DNA from: Faecousia sp.
GTDB taxonomy: Bacteria > Bacillota > Clostridia > Oscillospirales > Oscillospiraceae
DNA: 64,000 bases
NCBI GenBank assembly: GCA_045595885.1
Contig: JAZOBI010000052.1
Coordinates: 67,961-131,960 of the forward strand
Reading direction: 5' to 3'
Part shown: positions 40,846 through 50,634 of the stretch, piece by piece
Position numbering within the stretch: position 1 is the first letter of the stretch
Layout of the letters: each line of letters starts with the position of its first letter
Program-made: the position numbers and the translations under genes
Notes under the pieces: generated by a model
Told to the model about the DNA's origin: nothing
Seen by the model: only the letters and a program-made list of their open reading frames with translations
Database searches by the model: none

Positions 40846-40954
40846 GGTTTGTGTTCCTCCTAATCAGCCCGCATATCACTAGGCTGTTATATATTTCAAC
40901 TTTCCTATTTTAACAGAAACAAATGAAATTGTCCACTCTTTTTTATAAAATTCC

Positions 40955-41644
40955 TCAAAATAATACGGAAATCGGCTGAAAATCAAGATAGTCCGCGGCA
41001 ATCAGGCGAAAATCCACTCCATCCCATGTGCCTTCCATAGCTAACTTATGGCTTGGACCATGCAAATGACCGTAAAAACACTGCCGCACATCATATTTTG
41101 TCAATAAATCCAAAATCTCCTGGCAGGTATATCCTTTATATCGGGGCGGATAATGCAGAAACACAATTTTCCGCTTCTCCCCTGCCGCTTTCAAGGATGC
41201 TTCCAATCGAAGCAATTCCCGCTTGAAAACCTTTTCATCATGCTCACCGCTGCGCTCTTCCTCGAAAAACCAACCCCGGGTGCCACAGATGGCAATATCA
41301 TTGTACTCGAAGCAGTTATTGTTCAGCAAAAACATATTTTCGAAACCGTTGCCTTCGCAAAATTTCCGAAACTTTGCCGCAGTTGACCACCAGTAATCAT
41401 GATTTCCCTTGAGTATTATTTTCCTGCCTGGAATCCGGTTCAAAAACGCGAAATCTTCCCTGGCTTCTTCCAAATCAATAGCCCAGCTCAGATCTCCGCA
41501 CAACACAGTAGTGTCCTCCTCGGTGATCACGGACAGACCCTTTCTTAACTTGTCCATATATCCGACCCAGGCACCACCGAAAATGTCCATAGGTTTCGGC
41601 GCGCCAAGACACAGGTGCAGATCACCGATTGCATACAATGCCAT
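40955..41644 (-). CDS. Calcineurin-like metallophosphoesterase
   Basis: GDLH, GDLSW, KGNHD, LHYPP, GHLH. Confidence 0.92.
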   Translation of the reverse strand: MALYAIGDLHLCLGAPKPMDIFGGAWVGYMDKLRKGLSVITEEDTTVLCGDLSWAIDLEEAREDFAFLNRIPGRKIILKGNHDYWWSTAAKFRKFCEGNGFENMFLLNNNCFEYNDIAICGTRGWFFEEERSGEHDEKVFKRELLRLEASLKAAGEKRKIVFLHYPPRYKGYTCQEILDLLTKYDVRQCFYGHLHGPSHKLAMEGTWDGVDFRLIAADYLDFQPISVLF

Positions 41645-41654
41645 ACAATCCTCC

Positions 41655-42695
41655 TCAGGCAAGGTTCAGCAGTTTTTCAAGTTCCGTCACGGAAATGTTC
41701 ATGGCCTGGGCAACAAATTGATCGTCCCGGACAGGGCTATGTTCGCAAAGCAAAACAGCGGTACGGCTTTCACCCGTCTTGGCACGATAGTCCGAAAGGC
41801 TGCCATAACCCAAAGCGCTATAGGGGCTAAGCACATAATGATTGGCGCGGAAGAAATTAAAAATAAGAGATGCCACCCGGGAATCGGAGTTCACAGAAGC
41901 AAAGAAGCCGGAGTTGAGCTTATCAAAAGTCAACTCGTTGGCCTGGAAAGTCGCGCCCAAGCGGCAGGCTTCCAGATACCGATCAATCTCCTGGGCGCCT
42001 GCTGTGAGATCAATGAGCCGCTCCAGATTCCTCGGCACTACCAAATCGGCCTTGGGCGTGCAGGTTTTAACCGCTACAGCACCGGTATTCAGCTGACCAC
42101 GATGGAACAGTTCCCATGCGGCGCCATTGGCATTGCAGCCACAAATGATATTGCCGATCGGCAAGCCCATCTCCCGTGCATACCAGGCTGCCATGGGCAT
42201 GGCAAAATCCCCGGCGGCGGTTGCCACATCAAATACAGACCGTTCGCTGATATGCCCAGAAGACAGCATCTGACCATAAACAGCAAAAATAGCCGCTATG
42301 TGTACCGCCATGGAAACCCAGTTTGTGGGTTTCTGTCCATGGTTTTCCTTACGGATCCGGTCGGATATGGTTTGCACGATATGGGAAAAGCGCCAATGAC
42401 TGTTATGCCACAATTCCGCGGCAATCAAACGATTGTTAATGGATACATTCTGAATGGCATTACGCCCAATGGCAAAATCCAGATCCCAGCCGGTCAACCC
42501 CAGGGAGAAAAAGAGATTCAGAATTTCCGCCATATTTTGACTGGCTGAGTTATCCTTCAGAACAACAACGGAAGAATATTCCAATTTCGGAATGGAAAAG
42601 GGCAGAAACAGCCCACCGTCATTTGCGGTGTCCATGTGAATGGTTTTATAGGCGGTATGTACATCATGCTCATTTCTTGTGGTTTTGTACAGCAC
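41655..42695 (-). CDS. Threonine synthase-like protein, internally deleted and lacking the PLP lysine
   Basis: ThrC-like YKTTR..DGGLFLP, ELWH, AREMGLPI..IICGCN, NLERL; FKD replaced by FSH; ATSGDTG region absent. Confidence 0.75.
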   Translation of the reverse strand: MLYKTTRNEHDVHTAYKTIHMDTANDGGLFLPFSIPKLEYSSVVVLKDNSASQNMAEILNLFFSLGLTGWDLDFAIGRNAIQNVSINNRLIAAELWHNSHWRFSHIVQTISDRIRKENHGQKPTNWVSMAVHIAAIFAVYGQMLSSGHISERSVFDVATAAGDFAMPMAAWYAREMGLPIGNIICGCNANGAAWELFHRGQLNTGAVAVKTCTPKADLVVPRNLERLIDLTAGAQEIDRYLEACRLGATFQANELTFDKLNSGFFASVNSDSRVASLIFNFFRANHYVLSPYSALGYGSLSDYRAKTGESRTAVLLCEHSPVRDDQFVAQAMNISVTELEKLLNLA

Positions 42696-43635
42696 GTTTC
42701 ATCACTCCCATCGCATTATTCCAGTAAATGTTTTCTACCAGCTTTTCACCAACCCCACGCTCAAGCAGATGTTGCGCCATATCGGGATAACTTTCGATGC
42801 CGGTAAAACCCTCCGGCAGCGCATCGCAGCCGTCCAGGTCGCCACCCAGGGAAATATGGGCACCTTCCGGATCCAACTCCAGGAAATGAAGAATATGATC
42901 ACAAACCGTATCCAAAGTGGGCTTTTCGCCTACAAACGGCGCGCACTGATTAAAGCCGGCAGTGCCTCCTGTTTCGCAGATCGCGCGGAACATATCGTCA
43001 GTCAGGTTACGGCTATGTCCGCAAACGGCACGGCTGTTGGAATGGCTGGCAATAATAGGAGCCTCGGTGACTTTCATAATGTCCCAGAATCCCTCATCAG
43101 AACAATGGCTCACATCAACCAGAATCCCAAGGCGCTGACACTCTTTCACATATTCCCTGCCCAGGTCGGTCAGACCGCCGCCGGTTACATGGGAACCAAT
43201 CAGCACGTTCTTTTCATTCCAACCCAAAGTGGATATGCGGAAACCAACTGTATGGAGCATTTCCAGCAGCGCGGGATCAAAGCCGAAACCGGCAGGGCCC
43301 TCAATGGTCAAAACGCCGGACATGATCCCATCCAGCAGATTCTGCTCAATATCCTCCGGGGAAAACGCTTGCCGGATCAGATTGGGATTATCTTGCATCT
43401 GCAGCAAGACTGCGTTCAGCTCCCTCTCAAAAATATCGGAAACCGTAATGCCATCCGGCATTTTTTCCCAGGGGGATGTAAAGCAGGCAAAACATTGGCA
43501 ATAGCCCGGCAGTTTGGATGCTCTATCCAAATCAATGTGCAAGGAATTGTTTTTCAGCGATTTGTCCACCCGAAAGTCCCGGGTCAGCAGGCCAAGAGCA
43601 GTATCACAATGCAGATCAAATACAGGAAAATTCAT
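42670..43635 (-). CDS. Membrane dipeptidase (M19)
   Basis: DLHCD, TIEG, DVSH, ASHSN, RNLTD, GGDLDG. Confidence 0.92.
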   Translation of the reverse strand: MNFPVFDLHCDTALGLLTRDFRVDKSLKNNSLHIDLDRASKLPGYCQCFACFTSPWEKMPDGITVSDIFERELNAVLLQMQDNPNLIRQAFSPEDIEQNLLDGIMSGVLTIEGPAGFGFDPALLEMLHTVGFRISTLGWNEKNVLIGSHVTGGGLTDLGREYVKECQRLGILVDVSHCSDEGFWDIMKVTEAPIIASHSNSRAVCGHSRNLTDDMFRAICETGGTAGFNQCAPFVGEKPTLDTVCDHILHFLELDPEGAHISLGGDLDGCDALPEGFTGIESYPDMAQHLLERGVGEKLVENIYWNNAMGVMKRAVQNHKK

Positions 43636-43997
43636 TCAAATGCCGCCTCCAAATGGTTAATTTCGGGTTCCAACGTTTCATATCCCTGGGGACAATAGAT
43701 TTCAATGACATCAAATCGGGGCTGCAGAGTGGTGGGATGTTGCGAAAGATAGATGGACGCGGTGACACGAATCTTATCCTGTTTGCGCCGGTCCACATAT
43801 TCCCTGGCAACAGCAAAGTTCGCGCTTTTACGCAGCTTAACTTCCACAAAAACCAGATACTGCCTGTTCTCAGCGATCAGATCAATCTCTCCAAACCGGC
43901 ATTGATAACCGGCAGCAACCACCCTGTACTTCTTTTTTCGAAGATAATCAGCTGCCGTGGCTTCCCCCCAGGTGCCTAAAAGCTTACTTTTCGCCAT
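43632..43997 (-). CDS. yraN: YraN (UPF0102) nuclease-like protein
   Basis: GEIDLIA, FVEVK, RFDVI. Confidence 0.92.
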   Translation of the reverse strand: MAKSKLLGTWGEATAADYLRKKKYRVVAAGYQCRFGEIDLIAENRQYLVFVEVKLRKSANFAVAREYVDRRKQDKIRVTASIYLSQHPTTLQPRFDVIEIYCPQGYETLEPEINHLEAAFE

Positions 43998-44598
43998 AAA
44001 ACTTTTTCAGAAATGTCATGCGATGGATCGGACTGGGTCCCAGGTTCCGCAGTGCCTCATAATGAGCCTTTGTGCCATAGCCTTTGTGAATTTCAAAGCC
44101 GTAACCGGGATATTCCGCAGCCATGGCTTCCATATACTCATCACGGGTCACCTTAGCCAGCACGGAAGCGGCGGCAATATTGGCGCTTCTGCTGTCGCCC
44201 TTCACCACCGTTTCTACATTTATACCAAAATCCTTCTGTCGATTGCCGTCGATTAAGGCAAGGTCAGGACGAATTTTTAACTGGAAAAGCGCCCGCTCCA
44301 TAGCCAGAAAAGTGGCTTGCAAAATATTGATTTCATCAATCTCCTCATGGCTTGCAAAGGCAATTCCATAGGCCAAAGCCTGCTCTTTAATTACAGGCAT
44401 CAGCTCCCTGCGGCGCTTATCCGTCAGCTTTTTACTATCATTCAGCCCGGGAATCACCAGACCACGGGGCAAAATGACAGCTGCGGCGCAGACCGGCCCT
44501 GCCAAAGGGCCTCTACCGGCTTCATCCACGCCGCAAATGATCTCGATGCCGTTTTCATAATGGGAATATTCAATTTCCCACAGATTTACCTCACTCAT
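43984..44598 (-). CDS. rnhB: Ribonuclease HII
   Basis: GVDEAGRGPLAGPV, DSKKL, IAAASVLAKV, HKGYGT. Confidence 0.97.
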   Translation of the reverse strand: MSEVNLWEIEYSHYENGIEIICGVDEAGRGPLAGPVCAAAVILPRGLVIPGLNDSKKLTDKRRRELMPVIKEQALAYGIAFASHEEIDEINILQATFLAMERALFQLKIRPDLALIDGNRQKDFGINVETVVKGDSRSANIAAASVLAKVTRDEYMEAMAAEYPGYGFEIHKGYGTKAHYEALRNLGPSPIHRMTFLKKFYGEK

Positions 44599-45458
44599 TT
44601 CATATCCTCCGGCATTTCCAGGGTGAATCTGCCCAGCTTACCGCTGCGGAACTCGTCCAGCAATACCTTCGCCATACGTTCCGTGTGGATTTCGCCGCCG
44701 GACAGCAGGAAACCCCGCTTACGACCGGCAGCCTCCAAAAGCTGCCAGCCGGGGGCATCCATAGCGGAATCAATTCCGTAGCGCTCTTTCACTTTCTCGG
44801 GATAACGCTGCCACAGCAGCTCCATAAGCCTGCAGGACAGTTCTTCAATATCAATCACATCTTCCTTCACAGCGCCGGTATAGGCCAGCATCAATCCCAC
44901 ATGGGGATCTTCAAACTTGGGCCAAAGAATGCCGGGTGTGTCCAAAAGAAGCAAATCTTTATCCACGGTGACCCACTGCTTACCACGGGTCACACCGGGG
45001 CGATTTTCTGCTTTGGCACCTTTTCGGCCGGAAATCTGATTGATCAATGTGGATTTACCTACATTGGGAATGCCCACAATCATGATTCGCAGGGCCTTTG
45101 TCATACCCTTCGCGGCGTTTCGCTCAATCTTTTCATGAAGCAGTTGCCGAACGGCAGGGGTAAAATTAGCGATACCCTTTCGGCTTTTGCAATCAGTTGC
45201 CACAGCGGTAATGCCTTTTTTCTTAAAATAGGCGGCCCAACGGGCGGTAGCATCCGGGTCAGCCAGATCCAGACGGTTTAGAATCACCAATCTGGGCTTG
45301 TGGCCGCATATATTGTCGATATCCGGGTTGCGGCTGGAAATGGGAATTCTGGCATCCACCAGCTCACAGACGGCATCCACCAACTTCAAATCCGCCTCCA
45401 TCTGTCGGCGGGTTTTGGTCATATGGCCCGGATACCATTGAATATTCATATTTTCCAT
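44595..45458 (-). CDS. ylqF: Ribosome biogenesis GTPase RbgA/YlqF
   Basis: IQWYPGHM, DARIP, GIPNVGKS, DTPG. Confidence 0.96.
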   Translation of the reverse strand: MENMNIQWYPGHMTKTRRQMEADLKLVDAVCELVDARIPISSRNPDIDNICGHKPRLVILNRLDLADPDATARWAAYFKKKGITAVATDCKSRKGIANFTPAVRQLLHEKIERNAAKGMTKALRIMIVGIPNVGKSTLINQISGRKGAKAENRPGVTRGKQWVTVDKDLLLLDTPGILWPKFEDPHVGLMLAYTGAVKEDVIDIEELSCRLMELLWQRYPEKVKERYGIDSAMDAPGWQLLEAAGRKRGFLLSGGEIHTERMAKVLLDEFRSGKLGRFTLEMPEDMK

Positions 45459-46153
45459 TATTCTATAACTCCGATCCGGCCAAAGTCAAAGTCAATGGGA
45501 TTCTCATTGGAACCGGTACCCGGCCACACGCGGAAAATGGCTTTACCGAGAATTTCCCGTTCATCAATAAAGCCGATCTGATGGCTGCGGCTGTCCAAAG
45601 AATCTCCACGATTATCACCCATTACAAACACGCAGCCTTCCGGAACGATCACCGGGAACTTAACGCCTTCCGAATCTGTAGTCGGATTTGAAATATATTC
45701 CTCATAGAGAATAACACCATCCACATACACGGTACCTGTTTCAAAATCAATATCCACAGTCTGACCTTCGGTGGCAATCACACGCTTGATAATCGCTTCT
45801 CCATTTCGGAAACTGTCCTTAGAGGCCACAACGATGTCACCGGGCTGGGGATCATTATACAAAACGCCACAAATTAAAAACAGCCGGTCACCCTGCGCCA
45901 GAGTATCAAACATAGAGTCGCCAACTACAACGATCATCCGGAAGAACAGGACATACACAAGCATAAAGGATAAAACAACAATCACAATATCCCGAATATC
46001 CTTTAGAAGGGACTTCCGCCAATCTTCTTTTTTCTTTTCCGGCTTCACGATATCCGTTTCCGGATCGGATTCCGAAGTTTCACACTCCAAATCAACAGGT
46101 TCTGCTTCCGGTTCGGAAGCTTCCTGATGAATCATTTCTTCATTTTCAAACAT
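45458..46153 (-). CDS. lepB: Signal peptidase I
   Basis: VGDSM (Ser), IKRVI (Lys), GDNR..SLDSR. Confidence 0.93.
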   Translation of the reverse strand: MFENEEMIHQEASEPEAEPVDLECETSESDPETDIVKPEKKKEDWRKSLLKDIRDIVIVVLSFMLVYVLFFRMIVVVGDSMFDTLAQGDRLFLICGVLYNDPQPGDIVVASKDSFRNGEAIIKRVIATEGQTVDIDFETGTVYVDGVILYEEYISNPTTDSEGVKFPVIVPEGCVFVMGDNRGDSLDSRSHQIGFIDEREILGKAIFRVWPGTGSNENPIDFDFGRIGVIE

Positions 46154-46234
46154 TTGAGGATCCTCCTGTACTTCGTGCGCATAGGTATAGCAATATACCA
46201 TATCATTATACACAAAACCCGTAAAAAAGCAAAT

Positions 46235-46262
46235 AAAAAAAGAGGGTTTCCCCTCTTTTTTT
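46235..46262 (-). terminator. Terminator after rplS
   Basis: AAAAAAAGAGGG-TTTC-CCCTCTTTTTTT. Confidence 0.7.
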
Positions 46263-46275
46263 ATTCAGTTCAAAA

Positions 46276-46617
46276 TTAAACCTTCTCCTTGACCTTGGCA
46301 GCCTTGCCCATACGGTCACGCAGGTAGTACAGCTTCGCACGGCGAACCTTACCCTTACGGACAGTTTCGACATTAACCACACGGGGAGAATGCACAGGGA
46401 AAACCTTCTCGCAGCCAACGCCATAGCTGATACGACGAACGGTGATGGTCTCACCGATGCCGCCGTTCTTGCGGGCGATGATGGTGCCTTCGAACACCTG
46501 GATACGCTCACGAGAGCCTTCCTTGATCAGCACATGCACACGAACGGTATCGCCAACCCGCATTTCGGGCAGCTGCTCCTTCATGTACTGGCTAGACAGA
46601 GCCTTAACCAAATCCAT
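46276..46617 (-). CDS. rplS: 50S ribosomal protein L19
   Basis: [24 protein letters not shown]; AAGGAGG RBS. Confidence 0.97.
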   Translation of the reverse strand: MDLVKALSSQYMKEQLPEMRVGDTVRVHVLIKEGSRERIQVFEGTIIARKNGGIGETITVRRISYGVGCEKVFPVHSPRVVNVETVRKGKVRRAKLYYLRDRMGKAAKVKEKV

Positions 46618-46638
46618 ATCTTTGTCCTCCTTAATATT

Positions 46639-46699
46639 AGGCGTTCTTACAGCGTTTCGCTCCGGCGATATGGTTCCCGGCACTGCAGAGGACTCACCT
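46639..46699 (-). ncRNA. L19 leader (autoregulatory cis-RNA)
   Basis: Minus strand AGGUGAGUCCUCUGCAG...CUGUAAGAACGCCU closing stem just upstream of the rplS RBS, downstream of TTGATT-17-TATAAT. Confidence 0.65.
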
Positions 46700-46771
46700 T
46701 GATTTCAGACCGATGTATTATAGCATGGCAGTTTAGAAAAATCAAGTATTATTTTCAATATTTTTTCATTT

Positions 46772-48166
46772 TTACAAGGAAATTTCTTTATTTTTCGGAA
46801 TATATCTTCCCGATGCGCACAAATAAGAAAAAATACCGAACAACATCAGATTATGACCGATCATACAGGCCCAGGCTGCAATCAAGCCCATATCCAGCAG
46901 GTGGATACAGATGGCGGTACCAACAATCCGAACCATCCACATTCCCACAATATTGCAAATAAACGGAATCACCGTATTGCCCATTCCCTGCATCATTCCT
47001 TCGATAATGATAGTCACGCCATAGAAAGGCTCAGAAACCGCTACCATCCGCAATACAGTGGCTCCAAGCAAAATGACCTGCTGATCTTTTGAAAACAAAG
47101 CCATCATATTCGGGGCAAAGGCAAAAAGCAATCCGCCGGAGAGAATCATCAAAAGCACCTCGACGGGCATGATCATGCGGTTGAGATCTTTGATTCGTTT
47201 CAAATCCCTGGCGCCCCAGGCATTGCCTGCCAAGGTAGCAGCCGCTGTCTGCATTCCATAGCCGGGTATATAAAAGGCGGATTCCACCGTATTTGCAATG
47301 GTATGCGCGGCCGTTGCCACATCTCCGACGGAATTGATCATAGCGGCGAACACCACATAGCCCAAAGAAGTACCGAAACGCTGCAGGCAGTTAGGAAGCG
47401 CAACTTTCATACAGGGACTCAGTACATCCCAGTCGGGTTTTATGGAATAACCAACAGGAGAAACCACTTTGTGAAGGAACAGTTTTACTGTCATCACGAT
47501 GCCGCCCACCGTGAAGGAAATGGCACTGGATATTCCCGCGCCAATCACGCCCCAGCCTGCGCCGGGCAGGATGATCGATACACCAAAGACCGTCCATTGA
47601 CGGGTGGGATAGATCAGAAGGAAATTCAAAACGATGTTGATCAGATTTACAAACAGCCCGACCCACATAGGTGTCTTTGTGTCACCGGCAGAGCGCAGCA
47701 CAGTACCAAAAATAATGGTGGCGGCGCGAAATAGCATAGGGCTGTAGATAATGAAAAAATAGCGGGAAGAAAGCTGCTGAATATCCGGGTCCACCTGCAT
47801 CCAGACAGGTACATATCTACTGACTCCCAGCGTCAGCGCAGTAAAGAAAATGCCCAATACCAATACAGCCAAAACAGACTGGGACGATGCTTTTCTAGCG
47901 CGGGCATACTCCCCTGCTCCACAGGCCTGGGAAATGTAGGCAAGGAAACCGATGGAAACGGCAGAAATCGTAGAGCTGACAAGCCAGTTTATGGTGCTGG
48001 TGGCACCAACTGCCGCGGTCGCTTGTGTGCCCAACGCGCCAACCATGGCAACATCAATATACTGCACAGCCGTATGCATCAATTCTTCCAGCATAGTAGG
48101 CCAGGCAAGCGCGAAAATGGCCGGAAGCATATGCCAGGGCATGGATTTTCGTAACGAATTTCCCAT
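46772..48166 (-). CDS. MATE-family transporter
   Basis: QYIDVAMVG, RSAGDTKTPM, GWGVIGAG. Confidence 0.92.
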   Translation of the reverse strand: MGNSLRKSMPWHMLPAIFALAWPTMLEELMHTAVQYIDVAMVGALGTQATAAVGATSTINWLVSSTISAVSIGFLAYISQACGAGEYARARKASSQSVLAVLVLGIFFTALTLGVSRYVPVWMQVDPDIQQLSSRYFFIIYSPMLFRAATIIFGTVLRSAGDTKTPMWVGLFVNLINIVLNFLLIYPTRQWTVFGVSIILPGAGWGVIGAGISSAISFTVGGIVMTVKLFLHKVVSPVGYSIKPDWDVLSPCMKVALPNCLQRFGTSLGYVVFAAMINSVGDVATAAHTIANTVESAFYIPGYGMQTAAATLAGNAWGARDLKRIKDLNRMIMPVEVLLMILSGGLLFAFAPNMMALFSKDQQVILLGATVLRMVAVSEPFYGVTIIIEGMMQGMGNTVIPFICNIVGMWMVRIVGTAICIHLLDMGLIAAWACMIGHNLMLFGIFSYLCASGRYIPKNKEISL

Positions 48167-48198
48167 AAAAACCTCACAATTATCTTCAATACAGTGAA

Positions 48199-48278
48199 AG
48201 TATACATTTCAAAAGCAGGAATGTCAAGAAAAGATGTATATCGAAAAGGTTGACAGAATGTTGAGAATTCAATATAAT
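48199..48278. promoter_or_regulatory. Back-to-back sigma-A promoters (MATE and HAD genes)
   Basis: Minus strand TTGACA-17-TATACT (48227-48199); plus strand TTGACA-17-TATAAT (48250-48278). Confidence 0.75.
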
Positions 48279-48299
48279 TTTCACAAAGGAGTGATCAAT

Positions 48300-49004
48300 A
48301 TGAAAACCGTTATGTTTGACTTGGACGGCACATTACTTCCCATGGATCAGGAAAATTTCATCAAGGCCTACCTCGGCGGACTGGCCACCAAAATGGCGCC
48401 ATACGGATATGACCCCAACCTATTGATCAAGGCCATATGGGCAGGAACACAGGCCATGGTGGAAAATAACGGAAACCAAACCAATGAAGATGTGTTCTGG
48501 AATCGTTTCTGCGCAATTATGGGCGAAGACTGCAGGAAAGATGCCCAGATTTTCGATCATTTTTACCGCAACGAATTCCGCTTTGTGGCATCTGCCTGTG
48601 GATTTGATCCGCGAGCCGCAAAAGTAATCGCGTTCCTCAAGGAAAAAGGCTGCCGGATCGTGCTGGCAACCAATCCCATCTTCCCTGCCATTGCCACCAG
48701 AAACAGAATTCAATGGGCCGGTCTTCAGGAACAGGATTTCCTGTGGATCACCACCTACGAAAATTCCCGATACTGCAAACCAAATCCGGAATACTACCGG
48801 GATATTCTGCGCCAAATTGAAGAGCAGGCAGAAAACTGCATTATGGTCGGAAATGATGTTACGGAAGACATGATTGCCCGGGATCTGGGAATGGAAGTTT
48901 TTCTAATGACCGATTGCATGATCAATAAAGAAAACAGGAATATATTACAATATCCAAACGGAAGCTTCGATCAGTTATTGGATTTCCTGGATCGCCACAT
49001 ATAA
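48300..49004 (+). CDS. HAD-superfamily hydrolase
   Basis: FDLDGTL, LATNP, KPNP, MVGND..ED. Confidence 0.92.
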   Translation: MKTVMFDLDGTLLPMDQENFIKAYLGGLATKMAPYGYDPNLLIKAIWAGTQAMVENNGNQTNEDVFWNRFCAIMGEDCRKDAQIFDHFYRNEFRFVASACGFDPRAAKVIAFLKEKGCRIVLATNPIFPAIATRNRIQWAGLQEQDFLWITTYENSRYCKPNPEYYRDILRQIEEQAENCIMVGNDVTEDMIARDLGMEVFLMTDCMINKENRNILQYPNGSFDQLLDFLDRHI

Positions 49005-49007
49005 AAA

Positions 49008-49037
49008 GACTTGGGCGAAAACTGTATCGCCCAAGTC
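49008..49037. terminator. Hairpin between convergent genes
   Basis: GACTTGGGCGA-N8-TCGCCCAAGTC. Confidence 0.65.
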
Positions 49038-49043
49038 CTCTTA

Positions 49044-49508
49044 TTAACAGAAAAGAAAGTAATGCATGAAAAAAGCAACCGCAATGCCGATACAAATTCC
49101 AATCGCTACCTGCAGCAATGTATGACCTACAAACATTTTCAGCTTTACCTCGGGAATCTTTTCCTTATTGATCTCGTCAAAGGAATGCAGGATCTCCTTG
49201 AGCAGCATGGCATGCTTACCAGCTTCCTGCCGCACGCCGGTTGCATCATGGCAAACAATGATGGCCAAAATTCCAGAAATGGCAAATTCCACAGAATCGA
49301 AGCCAAAATGCAGCGCGCAGGAAGTTGCCAGAGCGGCGACCGTGGCAGAATGGCCGCTGGGCATACCGCCATCGCCTATCAATCTTTCAAAATCCCATTT
49401 TTTATTGATGATCAGGTTGATGATCGTTTTCAAAATCTGCGCGATCGCCCATGCGGAAATAGGAATCATTATGTGCGGATTCGTAATCCAGTCAATCAGC
49501 CAATTCAT
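49044..49508 (-). CDS. Divergent PAP2 family (DUF212) protein
   Basis: GGMPSGHSA, DATGVRQEAG, GHT..QV..G. Confidence 0.9.
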   Translation of the reverse strand: MNWLIDWITNPHIMIPISAWAIAQILKTIINLIINKKWDFERLIGDGGMPSGHSATVAALATSCALHFGFDSVEFAISGILAIIVCHDATGVRQEAGKHAMLLKEILHSFDEINKEKIPEVKLKMFVGHTLLQVAIGICIGIAVAFFMHYFLFC

Positions 49509-49671
49509 GGATGCCCTCTCTCTTTCCTTTTTGTATCATTATATCACATATTTCAGCAAATGAAAACAATAATTTCTCAATTTTGCGAGATAGTGTGATA
49601 AAATTCAGGGCTACACAAATCATAGTCCTCATGGTATATTATCAACAATGAATTTTCTGGAGGTTTTTCCT

Positions 49672-50385
49672 ATGACCCGTTTTGTTAGAATTTTTTTCAG
49701 GCACTTTTTTCAAATTCCATCTCTGTATTGGAAACTGCGACATTATGCAAAGCATCCTGACAGATATGAAGAACAGTTCATGTTCCGTCACATCAGCCGC
49801 ATCATGCGGGTTGCCGTAGAAGGCGCCAATGTGGAACTGCAATGCTTCGGGCAGGAAAATATTCCCGCGGAGAACGGCTTTATGATGTACGGCAATCACC
49901 AGGGCTTATTCGATGTGGTAGCCATCCCGGCCACCTTTGAAGGACCTCTGTCAGTTGTGTATAAAAAGGAGCTGCGCAACACTCCCATTCTCAAGGAGAT
50001 TTACGCCATCACCAGATCCTTTGCCATGGATCGGGAGGATGTGCGCCAATCTCTGACGGTCATTCAGGCTGTTACGGAAGAGGTAAAAAAAGGCCGCAAC
50101 TACCTGATTTTCCCGGAAGGCACTCGAAGCAGGAACGGCAATTCAATGGGCCCCTTCCATGGCGGCAGCTTCCGGTGCGCTGTAAAAGCTAAATGTCCCA
50201 TCGTTCCCATCGCGTTTATTGACAGCTGGAAGGTTTTTGATCAAAAAGGCAGCGATCGCGTCACGGTACAGATCCATTATTTAAAGCCAATTTTCTATGA
50301 AGAATACAAGGATTTGAAGTCTACCGAACTTGCAGACCTGGTCAAATCCCGGATCCAGACGGTAATTGATGGGAATTCACAGTAA
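49672..50385 (+). CDS. plsC: 1-acyl-sn-glycerol-3-phosphate acyltransferase
   Basis: NHQGLFD, IFPEGTRS. Confidence 0.9.
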   Translation: MTRFVRIFFRHFFQIPSLYWKLRHYAKHPDRYEEQFMFRHISRIMRVAVEGANVELQCFGQENIPAENGFMMYGNHQGLFDVVAIPATFEGPLSVVYKKELRNTPILKEIYAITRSFAMDREDVRQSLTVIQAVTEEVKKGRNYLIFPEGTRSRNGNSMGPFHGGSFRCAVKAKCPIVPIAFIDSWKVFDQKGSDRVTVQIHYLKPIFYEEYKDLKSTELADLVKSRIQTVIDGNSQ

Positions 50386-50422
50386 GATTTCCAAAATTCT
50401 ATCTATTTTACCCAATTTTCTA

Positions 50423-50634
50423 TTGCTTTTTTTGTTTCCATATGGTAATATTACTATATCTGGGTGTATTGGTAACTACTCCACACAAATAGTTCCCATT
50501 ACATCAAAAGGAGGATAAAAAATACCGTTAGACTCACGGTGCGGCAGTGTGGAGACCTGTCGTAATGCCATCGTCTGATTTGGGCGGTGCGTGAGAGCAT
50601 TGACTATGTACAGCAATGCTTAGAGTCGGAAATT
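50423..50634 (+). ncRNA. Promoter plus long structured 5' leader of msmX (candidate malK/msiK-type cis-regulatory RNA)
   Basis: TTGCTT-17-TAATAT promoter; helices GACTC/GAGTC, CTCACG/CGTGAG, GCGGCAG/CTGTCGT, CATCGTCT/GGGCGGTG, AGCATTG/CAATGCT; orphan AAAAGGAGG at 50506-50514. Confidence 0.6.
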
